From contig DAHVQG010000005.1 in NCBI GenBank assembly GCA_027317865.1, forward strand, positions 64,001-128,000: a stretch of DNA of 64,000 bases, read 5' to 3'. Positions within the stretch are counted from its first letter, which is position 1; the number at the start of each line of letters is the position of its first letter. The DNA is from Bdellovibrionales bacterium. GTDB lineage: Bacteria > Bdellovibrionota > Bdellovibrionia > Bdellovibrionales > UBA1609. The notes under the pieces are model-generated. The model was not told where the DNA came from. It made no database searches and was given only the letters and a program-made list of their open reading frames with translations. Both the position numbers and the translations under genes were made by a program. This document shows positions 9,918 to 19,938 of the stretch, piece by piece.

Positions 9918-10898
9918 TTAAACTTGCCGGGCCAATTCTTCGAGAGCCCGAGTTTCGCTTAACCAGTGATCAAATTCAAGAAACTGCGGGAATAGATTGG
10001 GAAACGATGGGTCCTCCCATCTGTGAGCAACCCATGCTGAATAATGGATTATTCGTAGCCCACGTAAGCCCGGAATAAGTAAAAGTTCGCGGTCATCAAA
10101 ATGGCGTAGTTCTTTGTAGCCATTAAGTATGCTTTGCAATTCGTCGGCTCCTACGGGGGAGTTTTCAGGCTCCGATAGAAGCATCCAAAAATCTTGCACC
10201 GCAGGGCCCGTACAGCAGTCATCAAAATCTACGAAGAAAAATTCGGAAGGCCGATCTTTATGATCCGTTTTTAGGATATTGCCCCTGTGGCAATCACCGT
10301 GAATGCGATATTTTTTAGCGCTGCCGAGCGGGGCGCGCAGTTTATCCAAAATGATTTGAGCCGACTCACTGTAGCGCTTTTTTAGGTCAGGATGAATCCA
10401 GTTTTGCAAAAATTTAAGACTGTGATCGCCGTATGTCTCAACGCTAAGTACGGGGCGATGAGAAGCGGGGTGCGTGCCTCCCACATTGTGCATTCTAGCT
10501 AGGGTTCGCCCCAGGCGATAAAAATCCGGCATTTGAAATTCATCGACCATTCGAGCCAACGCACGCGGAAAGGCCGCAAACCAAATGCTTTGCGGGCTAG
10601 ACATTACAGTTCTACTGTTTTTAAGTCTTTGTGGGGCAATAACCGGAAGCCCTGCCTGCGCCAAATCGTCAATAAACTGGTGCTCTTCAAGTATTGAAAG
10701 CTCGCTCCAGCGGCCGGGGCGGTAAAATTTCACAATAACTCGAGATGCCTCAGATGAACCCTGTTCTAGATAAACGTCAAAGACGCGGTTTTCGTAGGAA
10801 TTAAGCTGAATAAACTGACCTGTTGGCGAAAACCCAGCGGTTTCGAGTGCGTGCATTACTTCGTCGGGCGTCAAGTCGTAAAAGTCTTCTTTTGACAT
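9918..10898 (-). CDS. srkA: Stress-response Ser/Thr kinase SrkA/RdoA (YihE)
   Basis: LNSYENRVF, KFYRPGRWS, HGDCHRGN, DFDD and WEDPSFP motifs. Confidence 0.9.
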   Translation of the reverse strand: MSKEDFYDLTPDEVMHALETAGFSPTGQFIQLNSYENRVFDVYLEQGSSEASRVIVKFYRPGRWSELSILEEHQFIDDLAQAGLPVIAPQRLKNSRTVMSSPQSIWFAAFPRALARMVDEFQMPDFYRLGRTLARMHNVGGTHPASHRPVLSVETYGDHSLKFLQNWIHPDLKKRYSESAQIILDKLRAPLGSAKKYRIHGDCHRGNILKTDHKDRPSEFFFVDFDDCCTGPAVQDFWMLLSEPENSPVGADELQSILNGYKELRHFDDRELLLIPGLRGLRIIHYSAWVAHRWEDPSFPNLFPQFLEFDHWLSETRALEELARQV

Positions 10899-10923
10899 TC
10901 AATTTTTCTCAATGAAATGATTA

Positions 10924-11838
10924 TTGACTATGGATATTCAAACGCCGCTACCGATGCCTGAAACCGAAAACCACCAACCAACCTTAGGTTGTTATACCGA
11001 TTTTCGCCAGTACCTGCGAGATTTTTATGAATTCAAAGTACGTGAGTATCGCGATTCATTTGGGAGTTACACTTATAAAACCTTTAGCGCCTCGGCGGAT
11101 TTGCGCTCACCGAATTATTTAAAACTGATCATCGATGGCGAACGCAACTTGTCGCCAGGTACCGCCCGCAAATTTGCTAAAGCCCTGGGCCTTGACCGCG
11201 AGTCGACCGAAGAGTTTTTGCTTTTAGTTGAATACGGCCAGGCACTTGACCCCCTTGAACGCAATCGGCACTTGCGCACGCTCAATGAATTTCGTTTAAA
11301 GAGGCGTTTAAAAAACGGCGAATTGCCATCTGAGCGAGTCGAAATGGCGCCGCGGTGGGTGAGTTGGGCCCTGCATGCGGTTGCGGATCAAGCTGGTGCC
11401 GATTTTTCTGTTGACGGCTTGCGCGACCTTCTGATTGGTAAAGTAAGTGCTGATGAAATTCGAAAATCGCTACAACAGTTATTCGATGCAGGAGCCTTGA
11501 ATCTCGATTCTGAAACGGGACGGGTGAAAAAAGGAATAGTACCGCCCAATCAAGACGAAATACCGTCTGATGTAATCAGAAAAATTCAGGCTGAGCTTAT
11601 GTACCTTGGGATGGAGTCTCTGATCAGCGGTCAGGCGCAAGAGCGTGAAATTGGTACGTTGACTGTTTGTTTAACAGAAAATGAATTTGAAAAGCTTCGT
11701 TTTGAGCTTCGCCATCTGCGCAAGAGAATTTTAAAAGATGCATTGATAGAACGCGAACGCTCCCCAGGCGATCGCGTTTATCAACTCAATATTCAGTTAT
11801 TTCCGCTTACGAAGCGGTCGCGGCAGTCTCGCGTTTAG
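10924..11838 (+). CDS. TIGR02147/DUF4423-family HTH protein
   Basis: YTDFRQYLRDFY...SPNYLKLIIDGERNLS at the N-terminus; C-terminal VYQLNIQLFPLT. Confidence 0.85.
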   Translation: MTMDIQTPLPMPETENHQPTLGCYTDFRQYLRDFYEFKVREYRDSFGSYTYKTFSASADLRSPNYLKLIIDGERNLSPGTARKFAKALGLDRESTEEFLLLVEYGQALDPLERNRHLRTLNEFRLKRRLKNGELPSERVEMAPRWVSWALHAVADQAGADFSVDGLRDLLIGKVSADEIRKSLQQLFDAGALNLDSETGRVKKGIVPPNQDEIPSDVIRKIQAELMYLGMESLISGQAQEREIGTLTVCLTENEFEKLRFELRHLRKRILKDALIERERSPGDRVYQLNIQLFPLTKRSRQSRV

Positions 11839-11851
11839 CGTGCGACTCGAT

Positions 11852-12208
11852 TCAGCCAGCGGCAAGCTTTGGGATGAGTACTTGCCCTGCAAAAAGTGTT
11901 TGAAAAGGCTCGCGCTGGTTGGTGTGCAATTCCCGTTGCCCCGAGAGTGGAATCGGTTCTTCAGGCGACTCGCTGCCGTTCATTTGAGTGTCGATTGCAC
12001 CGTCGATGAGTTCGTTCAAATTAATACCGAGCGTCTGGAGCATGGAGCACAGGTCCCCGGCTCGGATTTCCGTGTGCTCTTTGAAAAATCGGTTTACAGA
12101 AATACGAGACATTGAACAACGTTTAGCGATCTGGTCTTGGGTTAATCCTCTCAGTTTGGCTAATACGGCAAGTTTTCGACCAAGGCTATTTTCTTGCGAG
12201 TCTCCCAT
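11852..12208 (-). CDS. XRE-family HTH regulator
   Basis: RGLTQDQIAKRCSMSRISVNRF helix-turn-helix; G8 run as RBS. Confidence 0.75.
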   Translation of the reverse strand: MGDSQENSLGRKLAVLAKLRGLTQDQIAKRCSMSRISVNRFFKEHTEIRAGDLCSMLQTLGINLNELIDGAIDTQMNGSESPEEPIPLSGQRELHTNQREPFQTLFAGQVLIPKLAAG

Positions 12209-12302
12209 AATATCCCCCCCCGTTTTTTTGCGCGCGGTTCGTATACCGATTACGCATTATATTTTTGCCGGCCCCCTAACGGGCCGACACCAATACAACA
12301 GT

Positions 12303-12318
12303 AGCAAAAGCTATACCA
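12303..12318 (-). promoter_or_regulatory. Putative sigma-54 (-24/-12) promoter for the XRE gene
   Basis: Minus strand TGGTATAGCTTTTGCT = GG-N10-GC. Confidence 0.65.
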
Positions 12319-12334
12319 GGATTTGTGGGGCCAA

Positions 12335-13588
12335 TTAGACACCGAACTCTTTGTCTAAGCTGCCTACGCGGATTTTATTGGCGAATAGCGAAAAGGCCAA
12401 ATAGCCACCAAGGGTGGGTACTTGCGATAGCCAGGGTGGCAAGTATTTTGGCGGCTCAATGATCTGAGATTCATAAAAAGGAGCTAATTTTTCAGCGTCA
12501 TCAAACGTCATGCGTCCAGCAAACAGGACTCGCGTCAGGCCAAGCTTGGATTTTTTCATTGCCCAGCGAAAAAACGAGTGAGCACGAAGTAGACCGTCCA
12601 AGTAAACAGAGTCTTTCGTAAATACGTAGCGGCCGTTTGGGTCGCCGCCGCGAAAAATCCTTTGAGTTGAGCTATAGCTCTCGCTCTCGCTTTGGCCACT
12701 CTTGAGAAAAAATTCGAACACCTCAATGAAGTTTGCGCCTTCAAGAGCCATATTTACCGCAAGCACTCGAAGCGCAATACGCTTGAGACGTCCAAGATCA
12801 ATCGCGCCCGTAATAAGTTCGGCGAATGTAGCAAGACCTTCTTGTGTAGCCGTTGTGCGAGGGGCGCCGGCGCCGAGGCAAGTAAGATGACTCTGATATT
12901 TGCCATTGAGCGCAGTTAGCGTGTGAACAAAAATTTCGTGTTCGAGAAGTTGTTTAAAATCATAGGGCGTGAAGCAAGTTCCCGAGCGAAGCCGTACTCG
13001 ATGCACCCCGGCTGCGGCTTTGGGAACAAGACTGTCATCAATCTGCACGCTAATTTTATCATTTACAAAAACGGCGCTGATCGCATTTTCGAGCTCCGAT
13101 TTGATTGTTTCAGCCAATACGCAAATGTCTTGTTCGTCGACATTATGGTAATCATTAAATTGATCGGCGATTTCGATAAAAAATTTCGCGGCGTCGATAT
13201 TAGAATATTTGCTGCCTGTGACGAGATCTCCAGGTCGGCCGTACATTTCTACGCAATACGGGAGCATTTCTGGCTGCCCGAGCTTTTCGGCAAACTTGTG
13301 ACCCGACCAATAGCTTTTCGCGGTTTGATGTAGGAATTGCGCTATGGGGTGAGGGGTATCGGTTTGTTTTACGATTTCATCAAGAGATTTGAGCTGTTCG
13401 GTGAATTGGTGCGCGGGGTAATTGATTTCTGGTATGATCTTTTTGCCGCTTCGATACTTCGACAAAAAATCATCTTGCTTGGCTTTTGGCCATTCGATCA
13501 TTGTCAGTATTTTAAACTGGATCGCAATGGCAAAAAGCCGCTTATCAATATCGAGATAATTTTTTAATTCAGCATCAATCTCAGCCAC
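12335..13588 (-). CDS. QEGLA-motif/DUF1704 (MATCAP-like) zinc metallopeptidase
   Basis: HEIFVH (HExxxH), TQEGLA, RIFRGG and FTKDSVY motifs. Confidence 0.85.
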   Translation of the reverse strand: MAEIDAELKNYLDIDKRLFAIAIQFKILTMIEWPKAKQDDFLSKYRSGKKIIPEINYPAHQFTEQLKSLDEIVKQTDTPHPIAQFLHQTAKSYWSGHKFAEKLGQPEMLPYCVEMYGRPGDLVTGSKYSNIDAAKFFIEIADQFNDYHNVDEQDICVLAETIKSELENAISAVFVNDKISVQIDDSLVPKAAAGVHRVRLRSGTCFTPYDFKQLLEHEIFVHTLTALNGKYQSHLTCLGAGAPRTTATQEGLATFAELITGAIDLGRLKRIALRVLAVNMALEGANFIEVFEFFLKSGQSESESYSSTQRIFRGGDPNGRYVFTKDSVYLDGLLRAHSFFRWAMKKSKLGLTRVLFAGRMTFDDAEKLAPFYESQIIEPPKYLPPWLSQVPTLGGYLAFSLFANKIRVGSLDKEFGV

Positions 13589-16038
13589 TAAGCTTTCGCC
13601 GTAGCTTTAACCGTTGCTTTGCCTTTGGCCATTTCGCTGATGCGCATTCCATAAAATGAGCGCCATACGAAAACGAGGCCGATCAACAAAAATACTACAC
13701 CAAGATAGGTGGCTACTGCTCCTGCGGAGTGCGCAATTTCAACCGCCAAAAGCCCGAACAATGTCGTGAACTTGATAATCGGATTTAACGCAACCGAGGA
13801 AGTATCTTTGAATGGATCGCCGACCGTATCGCCGATGACTGTTGCCGCGTGCAGGGGCGAGCCCTTTTCGCGAAGGTCGACTTCAACGACTTTCTTGGCA
13901 TTGTCCCAGGCGCCGCCCGCATTGGCCATAAACATGGCTTGATAAAGACCGAACACTGCAATTGATATGAGATAACTTGCAAAATAAGTTGCATCAAAAC
14001 AGGCAAACGCCAGCGTGAACGAAAAAAGAACGCCAAAGACGTTAATCATTCCGGTTTGGGCGTAGCGCGTGCAAATATGAACAACTTCTTTTGAAGTCTC
14101 AATAGAAGCTTTTTCGGCTGAATCAAGGCGGATATGCTTTTTGATATATTCAACGGCACGGTATGCGCCGGTTGTTACGGCCTGTATTGAAGCTCCCGTG
14201 AACCAGTAAATAATCGCGCCACCCGTAATGAGTCCAAGCAGTACGCGAGGATCAAGCAAATCAAGGTTGAGGTTCATCAACAAGATGATCGAGAATATCA
14301 TGGTTGTGGCTCCGATAACCGCCGTACCAATCAAAACCGGTTTAGCCGTGGCCTTAAAAGTGTTACCCGCAGAGTCGTTTTCTTCAAGGTAAGCTTTACC
14401 GTTTTTAAAATCGGGTTTAAAGCCGAAGTCTTTTTCAATTTCAGAAGACGCCGTGGGGCTTTGTTCGATTTGTGACAATTCGAAGACCGATTGCGCATTG
14501 TCGGTAACCGGACCATAGCTATCAACAGCGATAGTTACAGGACCCATCCCTAAAAAGCCAAAGGCCACCAAACCGAAGGCAAACACGGCTGGGTAAACCA
14601 TGAAATGGCCAAGCCCAAGAGTACTTGTGAGATACGCAATAAACATGAGGGCGACAAGAGTCATCCCTTTCCAGAAAGCAGAAAAGTTGCCAGCGACTAA
14701 CCCAGACAAAATCGTGAGTGAAGGGCCGCCTTCGCGGGACGCGGCGACAATTTCACCGACATGAATGGATTTTGCCGACGTGAATACTTTTGTGAGCTCT
14801 GGAATAACGGCGGCCGCGATGGTACCGCAGCTCATAATGGTCGAAATCTTCCACCACATACTGCCAAGATCTGAGAGCAAAAAATAACTGACGGAGTAAG
14901 TGACAACGATCGAAACCGCTGATGTGACCCAAACGAGAGTGGTGAGAGGGGTTTCAAAATCAAAGTGTTTTTTATCGCCAAATGCTGCGCGAGAAAAAAG
15001 GCCGTTAATCCAATACGAAATGACGGACGTAATGACCATGAGTCCGCGCATCGCAAAGATCCACACGATGAGTTTGGCTTGCAGTTCAAATGCATCGCTT
15101 TGCGGAACGAGTGTGCCACTTGCCCCGCGAACCATTCCAACAGCTAAAACGATAAAGCTGATTAGGGCAACACCCGTCACGCCGTAGGTTTCAAAACCGT
15201 CAGCGGTTGGTCCGACCGAGTCACCGGCATTGTCACCTGTGCAGTCGGCGATCACGCCGGGGTTACGAGCATCATCTTCTTTGATATTGAAAACGATTTT
15301 CATTAAATCGGAACCGATGTCGGCGATTTTGGTAAAAATACCGCCGCATATCCGAAGAGCAGAAGCGCCAAGAGATTCGCCAATAGCAAAACCTACAAAA
15401 CATGCACCGGCGCTTGGGCCGGGTACCCATTTCAAAATAATGGTCATGAGCGTGAGTTCTACGCAAACAAGAAGAACACCAATGGACATCCCGGCCTGTA
15501 GGGGGATAGCCATCACATTATAGGGCTTACCCGTAAGCGATGAAAAAGCGGTGCGGCTGTTGGCGTAGTTGTTGATGCGAATACCAAACCAAGCCACTCC
15601 ATAAGATCCTAAAATACCGAGTATCGACCATCCAAGAATCATAAAGACTTTTGCAAAACCGAGACTTTGCAAAAATCCAAAATAGTAGATGATGCATGCA
15701 GCGATAATCACTTCAAGGGCGGCGAGAAATTTACCTTGCGTGATCATATAGGTTTTGCAGGTTTCGTAAATGAGTTGCGAAATATCCAATAAACTCTTAT
15801 GCGCAGGCAATTTGCGGAGTCGGCTAAACTCGATTAATCCAAATCCGATACCGGCCAGCGCGATAAGAAGGACTATGGTTAAAAGTGTTTCGCCTGATAT
15901 CGGATGCCCAAACACATTAAAGTTAACATTTAGCGGTGGGATTTTTAAATCCGCTTCGCCGGCAAACGCCGTGGCCGCGAAAAAAGTCGAAAAAAGTGCA
16001 AATGTAAACCATGCTGAAATGCTTCTAATTAGACGCAT
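13588..16038 (-). CDS. hppA: Membrane-integral pyrophosphatase (divergent, K+-independent type)
   Basis: GGIFTKIADIGSDL, EDDARNP, DNAGD, GNTFKA, GGAWDNAKK and GDTVGDPFKD motifs. Start at ATG 16038 after GAGGA. Confidence 0.93.
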   Translation of the reverse strand: MRLIRSISAWFTFALFSTFFAATAFAGEADLKIPPLNVNFNVFGHPISGETLLTIVLLIALAGIGFGLIEFSRLRKLPAHKSLLDISQLIYETCKTYMITQGKFLAALEVIIAACIIYYFGFLQSLGFAKVFMILGWSILGILGSYGVAWFGIRINNYANSRTAFSSLTGKPYNVMAIPLQAGMSIGVLLVCVELTLMTIILKWVPGPSAGACFVGFAIGESLGASALRICGGIFTKIADIGSDLMKIVFNIKEDDARNPGVIADCTGDNAGDSVGPTADGFETYGVTGVALISFIVLAVGMVRGASGTLVPQSDAFELQAKLIVWIFAMRGLMVITSVISYWINGLFSRAAFGDKKHFDFETPLTTLVWVTSAVSIVVTYSVSYFLLSDLGSMWWKISTIMSCGTIAAAVIPELTKVFTSAKSIHVGEIVAASREGGPSLTILSGLVAGNFSAFWKGMTLVALMFIAYLTSTLGLGHFMVYPAVFAFGLVAFGFLGMGPVTIAVDSYGPVTDNAQSVFELSQIEQSPTASSEIEKDFGFKPDFKNGKAYLEENDSAGNTFKATAKPVLIGTAVIGATTMIFSIILLMNLNLDLLDPRVLLGLITGGAIIYWFTGASIQAVTTGAYRAVEYIKKHIRLDSAEKASIETSKEVVHICTRYAQTGMINVFGVLFSFTLAFACFDATYFASYLISIAVFGLYQAMFMANAGGAWDNAKKVVEVDLREKGSPLHAATVIGDTVGDPFKDTSSVALNPIIKFTTLFGLLAVEIAHSAGAVATYLGVVFLLIGLVFVWRSFYGMRISEMAKGKATVKATAKA

Positions 16039-16175
16039 AGGGAAGTTTCCTCGTGTTTTTGAGTTGATCACCGTTTAAAGTTTTAAGCCGTTGACAAATA
16101 AAGTGGCATCGATTTTGTGTCAACAACACGTTGCATCGTTTGACAACTTTTGATCCCCGCCGCAGTCTAAATTTG

Positions 16176-16817
16176 ATGAATGCTCTTATCACGGCTCTTG
16201 CCGACTTCGCCTTGGCGGGTAGCTGTTTGATCTTCAGTTGGAAGTTATGGACTCAACACGCACCCAATAGAAGCCTCAACAATAGCTTCTTTGGATTGTT
16301 TTTATCTACCGCCGTTGCCGCACTGGCTGGTGGTTTGAGGCATTCGACGCCTTGGCCATCGGCTTCGGCTGCGCTTTCATTTTTAAACTCCAGCATCATC
16401 ATTTTAGCGGGTGTCGCGGGTTATAATGTGTGGCTTATAGATGCCCAGCTTCTCTTTAGCAACGAGCGTTTTTTGCGGGTTGCACGCTGGGTTTTTAGAC
16501 TTTTATTTGTGATTTATTTGTTTTTGGTTTGGCGTCATGCGCACGGTTTTACCGCGGCAATTGTTGGATATGCTCCCGCAGCGGTCATATTGATTGTCAT
16601 CGCGACGTTGAGAGCCATGCACGCAAAAAACCGTTTTTACTTCTTTGGAGTCGCAGGCCTTTTACTTTGCGTTCTTGCCGCCTGGGTTGAGATTAAATTG
16701 ATTAACGTGCAGCCGATTTTCCTGACCCACGACATACTTTACGACCTTCTTCAGGGGTTCGGACTTTGGGGAGTGTACCTTTTCGGCAGCCGCGTCTCGC
16801 GGTTGAAGAGTTTGTGA
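16176..16817 (+). CDS. Multi-pass membrane hypothetical protein (DUF6962-like)
   Basis: About 7 hydrophobic segments; AALAGGLRH motif. Start chosen at ATG 16176. Confidence 0.55.
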   Translation: MNALITALADFALAGSCLIFSWKLWTQHAPNRSLNNSFFGLFLSTAVAALAGGLRHSTPWPSASAALSFLNSSIIILAGVAGYNVWLIDAQLLFSNERFLRVARWVFRLLFVIYLFLVWRHAHGFTAAIVGYAPAAVILIVIATLRAMHAKNRFYFFGVAGLLLCVLAAWVEIKLINVQPIFLTHDILYDLLQGFGLWGVYLFGSRVSRLKSL

Positions 16818-16822
16818 CGTTT

Positions 16823-17830
16823 TTAGTAGCGGAGCAAATTTGCACCCCAAGTAAAACCGGCGCCGAACGCGACAAATGCCACAAGATCACCGCGTTTGAT
16901 TTTATTAAGCGCCACCGCCTCGTCAAACGTAATCGGGATTGTAGCCATCGTTGTATTGCCGTAGCGGTCAAGGGTGTGGTGTGTTTTCTCAAACGGTACG
17001 CCCAGTTGATCGAGCACCATTTGGTTGATTCGCATGTTGGCCTGGTGAGCAATTACAAAATCAAGATCTGAAGTTTTAAAGTGATTCCGCTCTAAAAGTT
17101 CATTCATCACTTCGCACATGCGAGTTATTGCGTTTTTGAAAACAAGTTTGCCTTCCATGTAGGGGTAAATGGCGCTGTCAAAAGTCGGTTTTTCAGAAAT
17201 ACGCGGAAAATCATTCGAAGAAGGTTTTGTCACTGTTAATACTTCGGCAAATTTGCCCTCACTGTGCAGGCAACTGTCGAGCACATGGGGCGATTTTTCG
17301 TCACAGGCTTCAACGATCATCGCCCCTGCGCCGTCGCCAAATAAAACCGAAACATCGCGCCCACGTGTTGTGAGGTCGAGACTGGTGGAGTGTATTTCTG
17401 ATCCGACAATTAAAATCCGTTTGTACTGGCCCGAACGAATCCAGGCATCGGCAACAGATAGCGCATAGACAAATCCGGAGCATTGGTTGCGAATATCAAG
17501 GGCGGGAATGGGTTTTGAAAACCCCAATTCTCTTTGCAGCAAAACGCCCGTGCCGGGAAACAGGTAATCGGTGATAAGAGCGCCAAACACGATCATGTCG
17601 ATGTCGTCTGGTTTAAGATTTGCGCGCTCTAGAGCTTGGCGGCTGGCTTTGGCTGCCATGCCGCGCGTGGTTTCGCCTGGGGTAATCCAGCGCCGTTCTT
17701 TTATCCCTGAGCGTTGTTGAATCCACTCGTCGCTGGTATCCATATACGACTCGAGTTCTTTGTTCGTCACGACCCGACTCGGAACGTACATCCCGGTTGA
17801 AACAATTCGCGTGCGTATGGTGGCGCTCAT
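16823..17830 (-). CDS. fabH: 3-oxoacyl-ACP synthase III
   Basis: DTSDEWIQQRSGI; catalytic Cys (QCSGF), His (HQAN) and Asn (GNT); FGAGFTWG. ATGA overlap with the ptrB stop. Confidence 0.9.
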   Translation of the reverse strand: MSATIRTRIVSTGMYVPSRVVTNKELESYMDTSDEWIQQRSGIKERRWITPGETTRGMAAKASRQALERANLKPDDIDMIVFGALITDYLFPGTGVLLQRELGFSKPIPALDIRNQCSGFVYALSVADAWIRSGQYKRILIVGSEIHSTSLDLTTRGRDVSVLFGDGAGAMIVEACDEKSPHVLDSCLHSEGKFAEVLTVTKPSSNDFPRISEKPTFDSAIYPYMEGKLVFKNAITRMCEVMNELLERNHFKTSDLDFVIAHQANMRINQMVLDQLGVPFEKTHHTLDRYGNTTMATIPITFDEAVALNKIKRGDLVAFVAFGAGFTWGANLLRY

Positions 17831-19938
17831 TTTGTTATCCCCTCGCATAGTAAGATGAACGCGTATTCTAGCGCGATAACCTTCAAAGATTCAAACCGCC
17901 CTGTGGTGCCGGAATGACCCGCCGACATTTCTGTTTTGAGAAGGTAAAGGTGATCCGCGCGCGTTGTAAAGTCACGCAGCTTGGCAATCCATTTGGCCGG
18001 TTCCCAGTATTGAACTTGCGAATCATGATAGCCGGTCGTGGCTAAAATATGCGGATAAGCTTGTTTGCGTATATTGTCGTACGGTGAGTACGACTTTATA
18101 TACCGATAATCACCGTGCACATTCGGGTTGCCCCATTCTTCGTATTCGTTAGTTGTGAGGGGCAAACTGTCATCAAGCATTGTGGTCAAAGCGTCGACAA
18201 ATGGAACGGCGGCTACGATGCCGTTATAAAGATCTGGCCTCATGTTCACAATAGCTCCCATCAAAAGGCCGCCGGCGCTACCGCCCATTGCGTAAATATG
18301 ATGGAGTTTGCCAATCCCCGCGCGAATTAAAAATTCGGTTGTCGAGATAAAATCTGAAAAAGTATTTTTCTTCTTCCGAAGTTTGCCGTTATCGTACCAG
18401 TGACGTCCCATTTCGCTCCCGCCGCGAATGTGCGCAATGGCAAAAACAAATCCGCGGTCTAATAAGCTAATAACGAAACGGTCAAAGTCTGGATCACAAT
18501 TGAGGCCATATGAACCATATCCATAAACAAGCAGCGGATTTTTGCCTTTTTTGAATCGATCGCGCCTGTAAACAACCGAAATGGGAACGCGAACCCCGTC
18601 ATTGGCCTTTGCCCAAAGCCGTTTTGAAACGTAATTTGCTTTTTTATAAGTCGGTACTATTGCGGCTTTTAATAAAACCGAACGTTTTGTTTTGAAGTCA
18701 AAACTCAAAACAGTTTCAGGCCGGTTTGGTGATTCATAAACATATTGAAATGCTTTGGCTTCGTATTCAGCATTTGCACCGATTTCAGTCACATACGTTG
18801 GATCCGGAAATGCTATTGTGCGAAGGCTCGGGTTTGCGAAACCAAAGGCACCGCGCGATAAATAAGTCAGTTGCGGCAGGCCATTTTTTCTCTCTTGAAG
18901 CACTATCCAGTCTTTGAGCACGAGAACGTCTTCGATCAAAACGTCTTTTCTGTGAGGTACGACTTCACGCCATTTTTTTGGAGCGGTTTCTTTTTTGTCT
19001 GTCACAAGAAGGCGAAAATTCGGTGCGCGTCGATTTGAGAGAATAAAATAAACGTCCCCGCCGTCAAAAACCGAGTATTCGTGCTTGGGCGCGCGTTTTA
19101 GAAAAATCTTAAATTTTGCCTCGGGATCAAAGGCGCTCGTTGTGCGCCATTCGTGGGCGGTGCTGCTTTCTGAGTAAATATAGACTTCGTTTTGCGTCAA
19201 TGATTTTGAAACATATGTAAAGAACTTTTCGTCTTTTTCATAATAAACAAGAGTTGGTTGACTTTGCTTATTGCCAATTTTGTATTTAAAAATTCGATCC
19301 GCGCGCAACGTTTTCGGATTTTGCCGTCCAAATAGAACGGTTTTATTGTCATTCATCCAAACGGCGTTGCCGGTGGTGTCGGCGATCGCATCGCGCAAAG
19401 TTTTGCCGGTAATTAAATTCTTAAAATGGAGCGTATAAAATCGCCTGCCAACCGTATCGACGGCATAAAGGAGCCAATTCTGATCGTGTGACACGCGCAC
19501 ATTTATGACATCAAAGTATTTGTGTTTACGCGCAAGCTTGTTCACGTCTAATATAACTTCGGCTCGCCGCTCGCGACCCATTTTCACCGGTTGCCCAAGC
19601 TTTTGGATTTTTCTGCGGCAATATATAGGATACTCTCGGCCCTTTTTGTATTTTGTGAAATAGAAATACGACCCGAGGCGAAACGGCGCGGATACGTCAT
19701 CTTCTTTTATGCGCGCCTTGAATTCACGAAATAGCTTTCGTTGCAGTTGCCGCACGGGCTTTAGTTTTTTATCCGCATATTTGTTCTCGACATTTAAAAA
19801 ATCGAGAACTGATTTTGAGTCGCGTGCGCGAAGCCAGAAGTAAGGGTCGGCTCGCCGATCGCCAAACTTCGAGTGAGTTTTTAGTATTCTTTTGTGTTGC
19901 GGCCACTCCCGATGCGCTAAAGTGAGGGAATCGTTCAC
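17827..19938 (-). CDS. ptrB: Oligopeptidase B (S9A)
   Basis: DPYFWLR, YGYGSYG, GGSAGG nucleophile, HDSQVQYWEPAKW and AGH motifs. GTG start overlaps the hxlR stop. Confidence 0.93.
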   Translation of the reverse strand: MNDSLTLAHREWPQHKRILKTHSKFGDRRADPYFWLRARDSKSVLDFLNVENKYADKKLKPVRQLQRKLFREFKARIKEDDVSAPFRLGSYFYFTKYKKGREYPIYCRRKIQKLGQPVKMGRERRAEVILDVNKLARKHKYFDVINVRVSHDQNWLLYAVDTVGRRFYTLHFKNLITGKTLRDAIADTTGNAVWMNDNKTVLFGRQNPKTLRADRIFKYKIGNKQSQPTLVYYEKDEKFFTYVSKSLTQNEVYIYSESSTAHEWRTTSAFDPEAKFKIFLKRAPKHEYSVFDGGDVYFILSNRRAPNFRLLVTDKKETAPKKWREVVPHRKDVLIEDVLVLKDWIVLQERKNGLPQLTYLSRGAFGFANPSLRTIAFPDPTYVTEIGANAEYEAKAFQYVYESPNRPETVLSFDFKTKRSVLLKAAIVPTYKKANYVSKRLWAKANDGVRVPISVVYRRDRFKKGKNPLLVYGYGSYGLNCDPDFDRFVISLLDRGFVFAIAHIRGGSEMGRHWYDNGKLRKKKNTFSDFISTTEFLIRAGIGKLHHIYAMGGSAGGLLMGAIVNMRPDLYNGIVAAVPFVDALTTMLDDSLPLTTNEYEEWGNPNVHGDYRYIKSYSPYDNIRKQAYPHILATTGYHDSQVQYWEPAKWIAKLRDFTTRADHLYLLKTEMSAGHSGTTGRFESLKVIALEYAFILLCEGITK

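Noticed and set aside
16090-16124. GTTGACA...TGTCAAC inverted repeat between hppA and the membrane protein gene
   Set aside because: Equally explained by back-to-back -35 boxes of divergent promoters; no further support.
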